This document shows positions 39,600 to 48,708 of a stretch of DNA of 48,708 nt, one piece after another (within the stretch, counting starts at the first letter, position 1; every line of letters starts with the position of its first letter). The position numbers were made by a program, and so were the translations under genes. Source of the stretch: an uncultured Verrucomicrobiota bacterium. Its GTDB lineage: Bacteria > Verrucomicrobiota > Verrucomicrobiia > Limisphaerales > CAIMTB01. The notes below the pieces were generated by a model that was given only the letters and a program-made list of their open reading frames with translations, did no database searches and was not told where the DNA came from. The DNA lies in NCBI GenBank assembly GCA_964476125.1, contig CAYZAE010000006.1:21273-69980 (forward strand). The letters run 5' to 3'.

Positions 39600-41732
39600 A
39601 TGGCGACCCGATCCACGACGTTGGTGTTCTTTGCGGCGCTTTGGTTGGGTGTCGGACTCGGGCGGGCGGTGGCGGAGGCAGCGAGTCCGGAGCGCATCCT
39701 GTGGGATCCGGCGTTACAGGGGCGGAAGGAGGAATTCCGGTGGCGCGCATCCGATGCGGTGGTGGAGCCGGTGGGCGGCGCGGAAGTGAAGTCGATGCGT
39801 GTGGTGACGGGTGTTCGCGAATCCTGGCCGGGGGTGACGCTGCCGGCTCCGGCAGGGGGCTGGGATCTTTCGGCCCACGCGACCTTGGTGATTCGGTTGC
39901 GCAATGGGGGAACCAACGCGGTGAAGGTTTTTGCCCGCGTGGACAACGCGGGTGCGGATGGCGTGAGGAACTGTGTCACGGCGGACATCACCCTGGCTGC
40001 GGGGGGCGGGGGGCGTTTGCGGGTGGATTTGAAACGCAGTTCGGGAAGCACGCTCGACGGTCTGCTTTTTGGGATGCGGGGATATCCTGTGGCGCGGGGT
40101 GGGGTCGGCACGGTGGATCCTTCGCGGATTACCCAGTTGCTGTTGTTTGTGGACCACCCCCGGACGGAACACCGGTTCGAGGTGGAGGGAGTGACCGCGG
40201 AAGGGGACTTTGTTGATCCGACCGCTTCGGTGGAGGATGCGCGTCCCTACCTTCCTCTCCTTGATCGGTTTGGCCAGTATCGTCACAAGCCCTGGCCGGG
40301 GAAGGTGTCGAGCCTTGAGGATCTTCAGGAACGGCGCGAGGCGGAGGCGAGGGAGTTGGAGGAGAAGCCTGGTTCGCCGGAATGGGATCGCTTTGGCGGT
40401 TGGGCGGCGGGGCCGAAACTGGAAGCCACCGGCTTTTTCCGGGTGCAGAAGTACGACGGCCGATGGTGGCTGGTGGATCCGGAGGGGCGTCTTTTCTGGT
40501 CGCACGGGGTGGATTGTGTCCGATCGCTGGACAGCACGCCGGTGGAGGAGCGGGAGGGCTGGTTCGAGGGTTTTGGGGAATGGGTTTCTGAACTGTCTGG
40601 GCGCCATTCGGTGCGGGCGAAGGTGCTCAAGGGCCATTACGCGGGCCGGACTGTCCGATGCTTCTCCTTCGCGGGGGCCAATTTTGAGCGCAAGTATGGA
40701 GCCGGCTGGAAGGCGGCGTCGGCGGATCGCGTGCATCGACGTCTGCGAAGCTGGGGCATGAACACGATCGCGAATTGGTCGGACGCGGAGGTGGCGAGGC
40801 TGCGGAGGACGCCCTACACCGACAGCGTCCATTCGGAGGGCGTTCGCAGGATTGAAGGAAGCGAGGGGTACTGGGGGAAGTTTCCTGACGTTTTCGATCC
40901 CCAGTTCGAGTTGGGATTGAAGCGTCAGATGGCGGCCCGAAGGGGCGGTTCGGCGGGGGATCCCTGGTGCCTCGGTTATTTTTCCGACAACGAGATGTCC
41001 TGGGGGGATGAGCTGTCCCTGGCGCTGGCGGCGCTTCGTTCTCCGGCTGACCAGCCAGCCAAGAGGGCGTTTGTCGCGGATCTTGAGGCCCGGTATGGCG
41101 AGGTTGAAAAACTCAACGCCCGGTGGGGAACCTCGCACGGGTCCTGGGAGGCGCTGCGGGTCAGCCGTGAGGTGCCGGACCGCGAGCGGGCGCGGTTGGA
41201 TTTGGAGCTGTTTTATACGCGGACGGCGGAGACGTATTTCCGTGGCGTGCGGGACGCGATCCGGGAAGGCGCGCCCGGACAGCTTTACCTGGGTTGTCGG
41301 TTTGCCTGGGTCAATGCGCGGGCGGCGGCGGCGGCGGCGAAGTTCTGCGATGTGGTCAGCTACAATCTGTACCAGCGGAGCATTGCGGAGTTCGTCTTCA
41401 ACGGGGGGGCGGACGTTCCATTGATTGTGGGCGAGTTCCATTTCGGGGCCCTGGACCGGGGGTTGTTCCACACCGGGTTGGTTCCGGTCACGGACCAGGC
41501 TGCACGGGCGCGGGCGTACCGGGAGTACGTCGAGGGTGCGCTGGGGCATCCGCAGTTTGTGGGCACGCATTGGTTTCAGTGGCAGGACGAGCCCACGACC
41601 GGCCGGGCCTGGGACGAGGAGAATTACCAGATCGGGCTGGTCGACATTGCGGACACGCCTTATCGAGAGACCGTCGAAGCGGTCCGTGAGGTGGGCTTGC
41701 GCATGTATCGAAGGAGAGCCGAGGGACGATGA
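39600..41732 (+). CDS. Secreted GH50-family glycoside hydrolase (beta-agarase-like) with N-terminal CBM-like domain
   Basis: DRFGQY, TGFFRV.K..GRWWLVDPEG, SWGMNTIANWS, GYFSDNE, IVGEFHFG, HWFQW.D....GR..D.ENY.IG. Confidence 0.88.
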   Translation: MATRSTTLVFFAALWLGVGLGRAVAEAASPERILWDPALQGRKEEFRWRASDAVVEPVGGAEVKSMRVVTGVRESWPGVTLPAPAGGWDLSAHATLVIRLRNGGTNAVKVFARVDNAGADGVRNCVTADITLAAGGGGRLRVDLKRSSGSTLDGLLFGMRGYPVARGGVGTVDPSRITQLLLFVDHPRTEHRFEVEGVTAEGDFVDPTASVEDARPYLPLLDRFGQYRHKPWPGKVSSLEDLQERREAEARELEEKPGSPEWDRFGGWAAGPKLEATGFFRVQKYDGRWWLVDPEGRLFWSHGVDCVRSLDSTPVEEREGWFEGFGEWVSELSGRHSVRAKVLKGHYAGRTVRCFSFAGANFERKYGAGWKAASADRVHRRLRSWGMNTIANWSDAEVARLRRTPYTDSVHSEGVRRIEGSEGYWGKFPDVFDPQFELGLKRQMAARRGGSAGDPWCLGYFSDNEMSWGDELSLALAALRSPADQPAKRAFVADLEARYGEVEKLNARWGTSHGSWEALRVSREVPDRERARLDLELFYTRTAETYFRGVRDAIREGAPGQLYLGCRFAWVNARAAAAAAKFCDVVSYNLYQRSIAEFVFNGGADVPLIVGEFHFGALDRGLFHTGLVPVTDQAARARAYREYVEGALGHPQFVGTHWFQWQDEPTTGRAWDEENYQIGLVDIADTPYRETVEAVREVGLRMYRRRAEGR

Positions 41733-44032
41733 ACCGAAATTTCATGGCCTGGGTTGGGAGTGCGACGCGGAGGGTCGTGCGGCTGGCCGGGGTGATCTGC
41801 CTTGCGTCCGTGGGGTCGGCGCGCGGCGCGGCGACTGCGCCCCACCCGGTGGACGAGCACAACGTCGTCTGGACGGAGCCGAGCACAAACCTCTGGGGCA
41901 CCATGCCCCTGGGCAACGGGGACATCTCGGTGAACGCGTGGGTGGAGGCGGGTGGGGATCTTCGGTTCTACATTGGAAAATCCGATGCCTGGGATTCCCA
42001 CGCCCGGCTGTTGAAGCTCGGACTCATCCGGCTGGCCCTCACCCCCAATCCGTTCAAGTCCGGGGAGCCCTTCCGCCAGGAACTGCGATTGCGCGAGGGG
42101 GAGATGGTCATCGAGGCGGGCGCGTCGGACCGTTCCGTGCGGTTGCGGCTGCGGGTGGATGCCCGGGATCCGGTGATCCGCGTGGAAGGCGAGAGTGTGC
42201 GGCCGGTCACGGTGCGCTGTGACTTGGAACCCTGGCGCACGTTTCCCCGGGTGATTCCCACCGAAGAGGCGTCGGTGGCGGAAACCTTTTCCAAGGATGC
42301 CCCGGTCATTTCCCATCCCGACACGGTGGTTGATTTCCGGCCGGAGGCGGTGGTGTGGTATCACCGCAATCCAAGCTCGGTTTGGGAGGCGACCCTGCGG
42401 CACCAGGGCATGGGGCGTTGGATTCCGGAGGGGCGGGATCCCTTGCTGAAGCTGACCTTCGGCGGATGGGTGGAGGGGGAAGGCTTCCGGCGTGAAGGGT
42501 CCAAATCACTGGTGTTGTCCAGGCCGGTGCGGGCCTTTGAAGTGCGTGTGCACGCCCTGACGGCACAGACTCCGACGGCGGAGGATTGGCTGAGGCGGAT
42601 GGGGCAGCAGGTGGGGCGGGTTCTGGCGGTCGATGCGGATGCGGCGAGAGTGGGGCACCGTCGGTGGTGGTCTGAGTTCTGGGACAGAAGCTGGGTGCGG
42701 GTCCGGGCGGCGCAGGCGTCGTCCGAGGAGGATGTCCGGGGGGTGAATCGGGCTTACGTGCTGCAGCGATTCCTTCAGGCGTGTGCGGGGAGAGGGGCGT
42801 ATCCGATCAAGTTCAACGGTTCCCTGTTTACGGTGCCTCCTCCGGAGCCGGGGAAGGATGCGGACTACCGGCAGTGGGGTGGTTGTTACTGGTTCCAGAA
42901 CACCCGGCTTCCGTATTGGCCGATGCTGGGCAGCGGGGATTTCGATCTCATGGAGCCTCTCTTCCGGATGTATCGGGATGCGCTTCCGCTGGCCAAGGCG
43001 AGGACCCGGATCCATTTCGATCATGGCGGGGCGTATTTTTGCGAGACCATGCATTTCTGGGGCGCGTGGCACAACGGGGGCATGGGGTGGGGGTGGGATC
43101 GGACCAACGAACCTCCGAACCGGGCCTCGAACCCGTACGTGCGTTTTCATTGGTCGAGCGGGATCGAGTTGCTGGCGATGATGCTGGAGCGTCATGCCTT
43201 CGCTCCGGATGACGACTTTTTGCGGGAGTTCCTCCTGCCTCATGCGGAGGCGGTGCTGGAGTTCTACTCCAGCCACTACCCGCGCCAGCCCGATGGTCGG
43301 ATTCTGTTTGTCCCTTCCCAGGCCCTGGAAACGTGGTGGGAGACGGAGAATCCGACGCCGGAGGTGGCAGGGCTTCATTTTGTGCTGGGTTCCCTGCTCG
43401 ATCTCCCTGCGGAGGTGGTGGGTGAGGTCCGCCGGAAGGCGTGGCAAAAGCTTCGGTCGGAACTTCCCCCCGTGCCGCGCCGGACCGAGGAGGGACGCAC
43501 TTTCGTGCTGCCGGCGGAGGCCTTTCGCACCCAGAAAAACATGGAGAACGCGGAACTCTATGCCGTGTTTCCGTTCCGTGTGTTCGGGGTGGGCCGGCCG
43601 GATCTTGAGGTCGGCGTCGAGACGTTCCGCCGGCGTCAATTCAAGGGCAACGTGGGCTGGCAGCAGGACGAGATCCAGGCGGCGTTTCTGGGATTGGCGG
43701 AGGAGGCGCGGGCCGGGTTGGTGCGACGCGTTTCCCGGAAGCATCCTGAGAGCCGTTTTCCGGCGTTTTGGGGGCCCAATTTCGACTGGATCCCGGACCA
43801 GGACCACGGTGCGAACGCCATGATGGCGCTTCAGACCATGCTGTTGCAGAACGAGGGACGACGGATCCGGCTGCTCCCGGCGTGGCCGAAGGGTTGGGAC
43901 GTTGATTTCCGCCTTTATGCCGCGGGCCAGACGCGCGTTGAGGGCAGTCTTCGTGCCGGGCGTTGGGAGCGGCTCGAGACTCTTCCGGCAAGCCGCCTGG
44001 CCGATGTGGCCGTGGCCGAGGGATGGCGGTGA
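41729..44032 (+). CDS. Secreted DUF5703/GH95-like (alpha/alpha)6 glycoside hydrolase
   Basis: MPLGNGDI..N.W, WW.EFW.RS, PIKFNGSLF, DYRQWG...WFQNTRLPYW, ENAELYAVFPF, DWIPDQDHG, LLPAWP..WD..F.L. Confidence 0.82.
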   Translation: MNRNFMAWVGSATRRVVRLAGVICLASVGSARGAATAPHPVDEHNVVWTEPSTNLWGTMPLGNGDISVNAWVEAGGDLRFYIGKSDAWDSHARLLKLGLIRLALTPNPFKSGEPFRQELRLREGEMVIEAGASDRSVRLRLRVDARDPVIRVEGESVRPVTVRCDLEPWRTFPRVIPTEEASVAETFSKDAPVISHPDTVVDFRPEAVVWYHRNPSSVWEATLRHQGMGRWIPEGRDPLLKLTFGGWVEGEGFRREGSKSLVLSRPVRAFEVRVHALTAQTPTAEDWLRRMGQQVGRVLAVDADAARVGHRRWWSEFWDRSWVRVRAAQASSEEDVRGVNRAYVLQRFLQACAGRGAYPIKFNGSLFTVPPPEPGKDADYRQWGGCYWFQNTRLPYWPMLGSGDFDLMEPLFRMYRDALPLAKARTRIHFDHGGAYFCETMHFWGAWHNGGMGWGWDRTNEPPNRASNPYVRFHWSSGIELLAMMLERHAFAPDDDFLREFLLPHAEAVLEFYSSHYPRQPDGRILFVPSQALETWWETENPTPEVAGLHFVLGSLLDLPAEVVGEVRRKAWQKLRSELPPVPRRTEEGRTFVLPAEAFRTQKNMENAELYAVFPFRVFGVGRPDLEVGVETFRRRQFKGNVGWQQDEIQAAFLGLAEEARAGLVRRVSRKHPESRFPAFWGPNFDWIPDQDHGANAMMALQTMLLQNEGRRIRLLPAWPKGWDVDFRLYAAGQTRVEGSLRAGRWERLETLPASRLADVAVAEGWR

Positions 44033-44098
44033 GCGCTGGATTCCCCGGATTCAGGATTCTCTTGGAAGCGCGAAGCCGGCAATGTCCGGCCACCTACC

Positions 44099-45013
44099 AT
44101 GAAACTCGGTTTCGTCTCCGCGATTCTTCCCGAACTCAACCTCGACCAGGTGCTCGCCTTCGCTGCGGCACGGGGTTTTTCGTGTGTGGAAGCCATGTGC
44201 TGGCCCGTGGGCAAGGCGGAGCGCCGGTTTGCGGGCGTGACGCATGTGGACGTCGGGGCGCTGGATCGGTCGCACCTGGAGGACATTCAGGAATCGTGCT
44301 CGCGCCATGGCGTGTCCCTGACGGCCCTGGGGTATTATCCGAATCCCCTGGATCCGGATCCCGAGGTGTCGAAGCGGTGCGTGGACCATCTCAAGAAGGT
44401 GATCGCGGCGGCGCCGAAGCTGGGGTTGTCGCAGGTGAACACGTTTGTGGGGAGGGACTGGACGAAGAGCGTGGACGACAACTGGCCCCGGTTCCTGAAG
44501 GTGTGGAAGCCGATCATCCGGCACGCGGAGGACCATGGGGTGAAGGTGGGGATCGAGAACTGTCCGATGTCCTTCACGAAGGATGAATGGCCGGGCGGGA
44601 AGAACCTGGCCACCTCGCCGGTGATCTGGCGTCGGATGTTCCATGACATTCCCTCCGACCATTTCGGGTTGAATTACGATCCCTCGCATTTCGTGCTGCA
44701 GCAGATGGATCCCACGAGTCCGTTGAAGGAGTTCCAGGACAAGTTGTTCCACTTTCACGCCAAGGACGTGAAGATCCGGCGGGATCGTCTCAACGAGGTG
44801 GGGGTGTTTGCGCATCCCCTGGAGTGGCATCAGCCGAGGATTCCCGGGTACGGGGAGATGGACTGGGGCCGGTTTCTGGGGGCGCTGATGGAGACGAGTT
44901 ATCGGGGGCCGGTGTGCATCGAGGTGGAGGACGACACCTTCGGCAAGACTCTGGAGGGCCGGCAGCGGGCGTTGTGTGTGGCGGGCAATGTTCTCCGACC
45001 TTATTTCGGCTAA
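44099..45013 (+). CDS. Sugar phosphate isomerase/epimerase (xylose-isomerase-like TIM barrel)
   Basis: GIENCPM, LNYDPSH, HFHAKD, PGYGEMDW, CIEVED. Confidence 0.9.
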   Translation: MKLGFVSAILPELNLDQVLAFAAARGFSCVEAMCWPVGKAERRFAGVTHVDVGALDRSHLEDIQESCSRHGVSLTALGYYPNPLDPDPEVSKRCVDHLKKVIAAAPKLGLSQVNTFVGRDWTKSVDDNWPRFLKVWKPIIRHAEDHGVKVGIENCPMSFTKDEWPGGKNLATSPVIWRRMFHDIPSDHFGLNYDPSHFVLQQMDPTSPLKEFQDKLFHFHAKDVKIRRDRLNEVGVFAHPLEWHQPRIPGYGEMDWGRFLGALMETSYRGPVCIEVEDDTFGKTLEGRQRALCVAGNVLRPYFG

Positions 45014-45057
45014 TTCAACCGGTGTCCCGGTGGGGTTCCGGGACCCGAATCCAGGCC

Positions 45058-47430
45058 ATGCCGTACGAGTGGAAGGAGACGGTGGAGCAGTTGCGGGACT
45101 TCGTTGAGAACTCGAAGGACCTGATCCAGATCATTGCTCCGGACGGTGTGCTGCTTTATGCGAATCGGTCCTGGCGGGAGGCGCTTGGAGTGTCGGGGAC
45201 TGATTTCTGCGGTCGAAACATCTTTGGTTTTCTGGCGCCCGAATGCCGGGAGCACTGCCAGACCTTGTTTGGCCGGCTGATGCAGGGCGAGGATGTTGGA
45301 TTGTTTCACGTGACATTCCTCGCCCTCGATGGCCGGCGGGTGGAAGCGGAGGGACATGTCAGTGTCCGCTGGGAGCAGGGGAAGCCCCAGCACACCCGGG
45401 GTATTTTTCGGGATGTCACGGAGGATCTCCGGAAGGAGGCCGAGATTCGGCGACTGGCTCTGATTGCCTCGCTGACCGACAACGCGGTGGTGCTCACGGA
45501 TGCAACGGGGCGGGTGGCGTGGATCAACGAGGGATTCACCCGGCTGACCGGCTATTCGCTTCCCGAGGTGATGGGCCGGAAGCCCGGGTCGTTTCTCCAG
45601 GGGCCGCTCACCGATCCCGAGACCGTCCGGCGCATGCGGGCACGCCTTTCTGCTGGCAGCGGATTCCGGGAGGAGTTGCTGAATTACCGGAAGGACGGTT
45701 CCACCTATTGGGTGAGCCTTGAGGTCCAGGCGATCCTCGACCAGCACGGGAGGGTGGCGAGCTACATGTCGATCCAGCGGGACATCACCCAACTCCGGGA
45801 TGCGGAGCAGTCGCTCAAGGATCATGCGACCCGCCTCGAACGGCGTATCGAGGAGCGCACAGCCGCCCTGGAACGAACCAGGCACCAGTTCGAGAGCCTG
45901 TTTGAGTTCGCTCCGGACGCCCTGATTCTCATGGATCAAGGCTGGATGATCCGGCTGGCGAACCGAAAGGCCGTCGAGATGTTCGGCTGGGAGCGCGAGG
46001 AGATGGTCGGCAAACCGGTGGCGTTGCTTCTTCCGGAAACCGGCGGACAGCTGGCGAACCCATCCGGTTCGGGCGAGACCCTTAAGAACGAGGGAGGAAA
46101 CGGGATCGGGGTCCGGCGCGCGCGCCCTGGAGGGGCGGTGGCCGGGGCAGGAACATTTCCCGCGGAAATCAGCGTGGGTTCCCTGGCCGGGGTGGACGGC
46201 CCCATGACGGTGGTGGCGGTCCGCGATGTGACGGAGCGGGTGCAGGCTGAAAAGCGACTGAATCGGACCCGGCGCCTGGAGGCCATCGGGCAGCTGGCCG
46301 GGGGTGTGGCGCATGACCTTAACAACGCGCTGGCGCCAATCCTCATGGCCTCCAGCCTCCTCCGAGGCCGGCATCCTGAAAGCCGGGAGATCATCGCGAC
46401 GGTCGAATCATGCACCGAACGGTGCGCGGACATGGTTCGGCAGCTTCTGACCTTTGCCCGTGGATCGGACGGTGCGCGGGTTTTGGTGCGACCGAATGAC
46501 TTGCTGCGGGAGATGGCGAGGATTGTGCGGGGGACGTTTCCGAAGAATATCGAGCTCCGGCTATCCGCGGCCCCGGACGTGTCGGTCGTACGGGGGGATC
46601 CGACGCAACTCCATCAGGTCTTGTTGAACCTTTGCGTCAACGCCCGGGATGCGATGCCGGAGGGCGGGGTGCTGTCCATGTCCGTGCATAACCAGACGGT
46701 GGACAAGGAATTCGCCGGGACGGTGGCGGAGGCCCGGCCTGGGCTCCACGTGGTTCTCGAGGTCAGCGACACGGGCGTTGGAATTGCTCCGGAAGTGGTC
46801 GACCAGGTTTTTGACCCGTTTTTCACGACCAAATCCCCGGACCAGGGAACGGGGCTGGGGTTGTCCACCGTTCTTGGGATCGTGAAGGGCCACGGCGGAT
46901 TCATCCGGCTTGAGTCCCAACCGGGTCGGGGAACCCGGTTTTTCGTATTCCTGCCGGCGGCTGAGGATGACGAGGAGGTTCGGACGGCAGGCCCGGCGAA
47001 CACCGGATGCAGGCCGTTCGGCAGGGACCGGACCTTGCTGCTGGTGGACGACGAATTGAACATCCGGACAATTCTCTCGGTGGTTCTGCGGCAGTTGGGA
47101 TTTCGAGTGCTGACGGCGGGAAACGGTGAGGAGGCACGGGAGCTGGCAGCGGCTCATTTTGCGGTGATCCAGGGAGTGGTGACGGATCTCAACATGCCGC
47201 GTCTGGGAGGCGTGAAATTGATACGGGCGCTTCGCGAATGGCTTCCCTCCATTCCGGTCCTGGTTTCGACCGGCCGGTTGGAACCGGGGGTGGAGCAGGA
47301 ACTCGGATTCCTGGGGGTTCGAAACATCCTGACCAAGCCCTTCAATAAGGAACTCCTGGTCCGGGCGTTGCAGGAGGCCTTGGGACCGGGGGAGTCTGGT
47401 ATGCGGTCGGTTGAAGGGACCGCTCCCTGA
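45058..47430 (+). CDS. Cytoplasmic multi-PAS hybrid sensor histidine kinase/response regulator
   Basis: Three PAS/PAC repeats, H-box LAGGVAHDLNN, QVLLNLCVNARDAM, DTGVG, FDPFFTTK, GTGLGL, receiver LVDDE..TDLNMP..KPF. Confidence 0.93.
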   Translation: MPYEWKETVEQLRDFVENSKDLIQIIAPDGVLLYANRSWREALGVSGTDFCGRNIFGFLAPECREHCQTLFGRLMQGEDVGLFHVTFLALDGRRVEAEGHVSVRWEQGKPQHTRGIFRDVTEDLRKEAEIRRLALIASLTDNAVVLTDATGRVAWINEGFTRLTGYSLPEVMGRKPGSFLQGPLTDPETVRRMRARLSAGSGFREELLNYRKDGSTYWVSLEVQAILDQHGRVASYMSIQRDITQLRDAEQSLKDHATRLERRIEERTAALERTRHQFESLFEFAPDALILMDQGWMIRLANRKAVEMFGWEREEMVGKPVALLLPETGGQLANPSGSGETLKNEGGNGIGVRRARPGGAVAGAGTFPAEISVGSLAGVDGPMTVVAVRDVTERVQAEKRLNRTRRLEAIGQLAGGVAHDLNNALAPILMASSLLRGRHPESREIIATVESCTERCADMVRQLLTFARGSDGARVLVRPNDLLREMARIVRGTFPKNIELRLSAAPDVSVVRGDPTQLHQVLLNLCVNARDAMPEGGVLSMSVHNQTVDKEFAGTVAEARPGLHVVLEVSDTGVGIAPEVVDQVFDPFFTTKSPDQGTGLGLSTVLGIVKGHGGFIRLESQPGRGTRFFVFLPAAEDDEEVRTAGPANTGCRPFGRDRTLLLVDDELNIRTILSVVLRQLGFRVLTAGNGEEARELAAAHFAVIQGVVTDLNMPRLGGVKLIRALREWLPSIPVLVSTGRLEPGVEQELGFLGVRNILTKPFNKELLVRALQEALGPGESGMRSVEGTAP

Positions 47431-47486
47431 CGGGCAGCGCGCGGGACTGGCTGGCCGGGTATTGTGCCGGTGGGTGCTCTCGGGCG

Positions 47487-47515
47487 TTGAAAACGCGTCG
47501 GATCGAAACTAGCGT
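47487..47515 (+). promoter_or_regulatory. Putative sigma70 promoter for rhomboid gene (leaderless)
   Basis: TTGAAA, 17-nt spacer, TAGCGT, then 5 nt to the GTG start. Confidence 0.55.
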
Positions 47516-47520
47516 CCACC

Positions 47521-48432
47521 GTGCTTTACGACCGCGACTACATGCGGGACGAGGATCGCTCGCGCTGGCGGTCGCCGGTGGTCGGTTTGTTGGCCGTGCT
47601 CGTGGCGGTCTTCCTGGTGGAGTGTTTTCTGCGGGTCTATGCCGGGGGCAGTTCCCTGGGCACCTATCTGGGCCTCAGCGCCCAGGCGGTGGGGCGCCAT
47701 GAGTATTGGCGGATCTTCACCTACGAATTCCTCCACAACGCCCCCCTGCCGTTTCACATCATCTTCAACGGCCTTGCCCTCTGGTTCTTCGGTCGGTCGG
47801 TGCTTGAAACCCTGGGGACGGTTCGATTCTGGCAGATCTATCTGGGAGCCGGATTTGTGGGGGCGTTGTTCGAGCTGTTTTTCCAGACGTTTCATCCTGC
47901 CTATCGTGTTTCGTGGACGGTGGGGGCTTCGGCCTGCGTGATGGGGTTGGTGGGTGTTTTCTGTCTGTTGAATGCGGGGCAGGAGATGAACATCGCCTTT
48001 TACTTTTTCCCGGTTCGACTGCAGAGCATGACGCTCTTCTGGATCCTGCTTGGGGTGAGTATTTTCGGGGTGGTTTTTCCCGCCGGCAACGTGGCTCACG
48101 GCGCGCATCTTGGGGGCCTGCTGGCCGGGGCCGGCTTTGTGAAGCTGTTTCTGGAGGAGGAGGGCCAGGCTTGGTTGAGGCGCCTCGTGGCTCGGCGATC
48201 CGCGCTCCCTCGCGATGTCCCGGTGGAAGCCGGCCGGCAGGCGGGAAAACCCTCCGGCAAGTTTTCTTCGGCACCGGTCGCGGGCGCGCCGGAGACTGAC
48301 AATCCTGAGGAATTCATCCGGCGCGAGGTGGATCCGATTCTGGACAAGATTTCCGCCCATGGCATTCAGAGCCTGACGGAGCGGGAGCGGCGCACGTTGG
48401 AGAAGGCGCGGGAACGGATGAAGGGGCGCTAG
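47521..48432 (+). CDS. Rhomboid-family intramembrane serine protease with C-terminal DUF6576-like domain
   Basis: WRIFTYEFLH, HIIFN, GAS catalytic Ser, AH.AHLGG, VDPILDKISAHGIQSLT..ER..L. Confidence 0.92.
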   Translation: MLYDRDYMRDEDRSRWRSPVVGLLAVLVAVFLVECFLRVYAGGSSLGTYLGLSAQAVGRHEYWRIFTYEFLHNAPLPFHIIFNGLALWFFGRSVLETLGTVRFWQIYLGAGFVGALFELFFQTFHPAYRVSWTVGASACVMGLVGVFCLLNAGQEMNIAFYFFPVRLQSMTLFWILLGVSIFGVVFPAGNVAHGAHLGGLLAGAGFVKLFLEEEGQAWLRRLVARRSALPRDVPVEAGRQAGKPSGKFSSAPVAGAPETDNPEEFIRREVDPILDKISAHGIQSLTERERRTLEKARERMKGR

Positions 48433-48517
48433 GTCCCGGCGGTGGAGCGGAGCCCTTTTTGGGGGAACCTTCGCCATCCCGCTGGTTCTCCGGCGGCGGG
48501 TTTCCTAGGATCGTTCT

Positions 48518-48708
48518 GTGATTACGCGCTATTCGCGACCCGCGATGCGGGGCATCTGGACGGACGAGAACCGGCTTCGCATCTGGCTGGAGCTGGAATT
48601 GCTGGCGAGCGAGGCCCTGGCGAAGGACGGGGTGGTTCCCAAGGCGGATTTCCAACGGCTCAAGGCGGGGGCGGACCATTGGTTCGCGAATCTGCCCGGC
48701 CTGGTGGA
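48518..48708 (+). CDS. purB: Adenylosuccinate lyase, 5' part (runs off window; not in the ORF track)
   Basis: Hand translation from GTG 48518: MITRYSRPAMRGIWTDENRLRIWLELELLASEAL, matching the PurB N-terminus. Confidence 0.85.
   Translation, partial: MITRYSRPAMRGIWTDENRLRIWLELELLASEALAKDGVVPKADFQRLKAGADHWFANLPGLV

Noticed and set aside
46030-46160. Gly-rich, degenerate third PAS domain suggesting a frameshift or pseudogene
   Set aside because: The frame stays open, flanking PAS/PAC motifs are in frame, and no better PAS sequence was seen in other frames

Overview
GC-rich bacterial chromosomal segment, most consistent with a subdivision-3 Verrucomicrobiota organism (Pedosphaera/Limisphaera-like). 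This placement is inferred from gene content: PVC-type dehydrogenase, H-X9-DG prepilins, a PEP-CTERM protein and the pilB-pilT-pilB-pilC arrangement. Contents in order: mnmA-cutA-flavoprotein; a divergent heme cluster (hemE-hemN-hemG/Y-hemH versus ccsA-hemA-hemC); NUDIX and deoC; a type IV pilus motor operon (pilB-pilT-pilB-pilC); a cobalamin-riboswitch-led operon (PEP-CTERM protein, secreted protein, H-X9-DG prepilin-like protein); two more prepilin-like genes; an ECF sigma/anti-sigma/RDD operon; xylA plus a RaSEA-like radical SAM gene; ispH-dgt; a GH50/DUF5703/sugar isomerase cluster; a PAS hybrid kinase; a rhomboid protease; and the 5' end of purB. No tRNA, rRNA, CRISPR array or mobile element was recognised. 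The best candidate for a new system is the B12-riboswitch operon: it has no BtuB/BtuFCD but has a BtuH-like surface protein and a pilin, and it lies next to a retractile pilus motor, suggesting pilus-assisted corrinoid capture. Also notable are a recurrent leaderless-promoter pattern (TAnnnT 5-8 nt before start codons) and clusters of a short GGGG(A/T)CAGG motif in intergenic DNA. All family assignments are by motif recognition; no searches were run.
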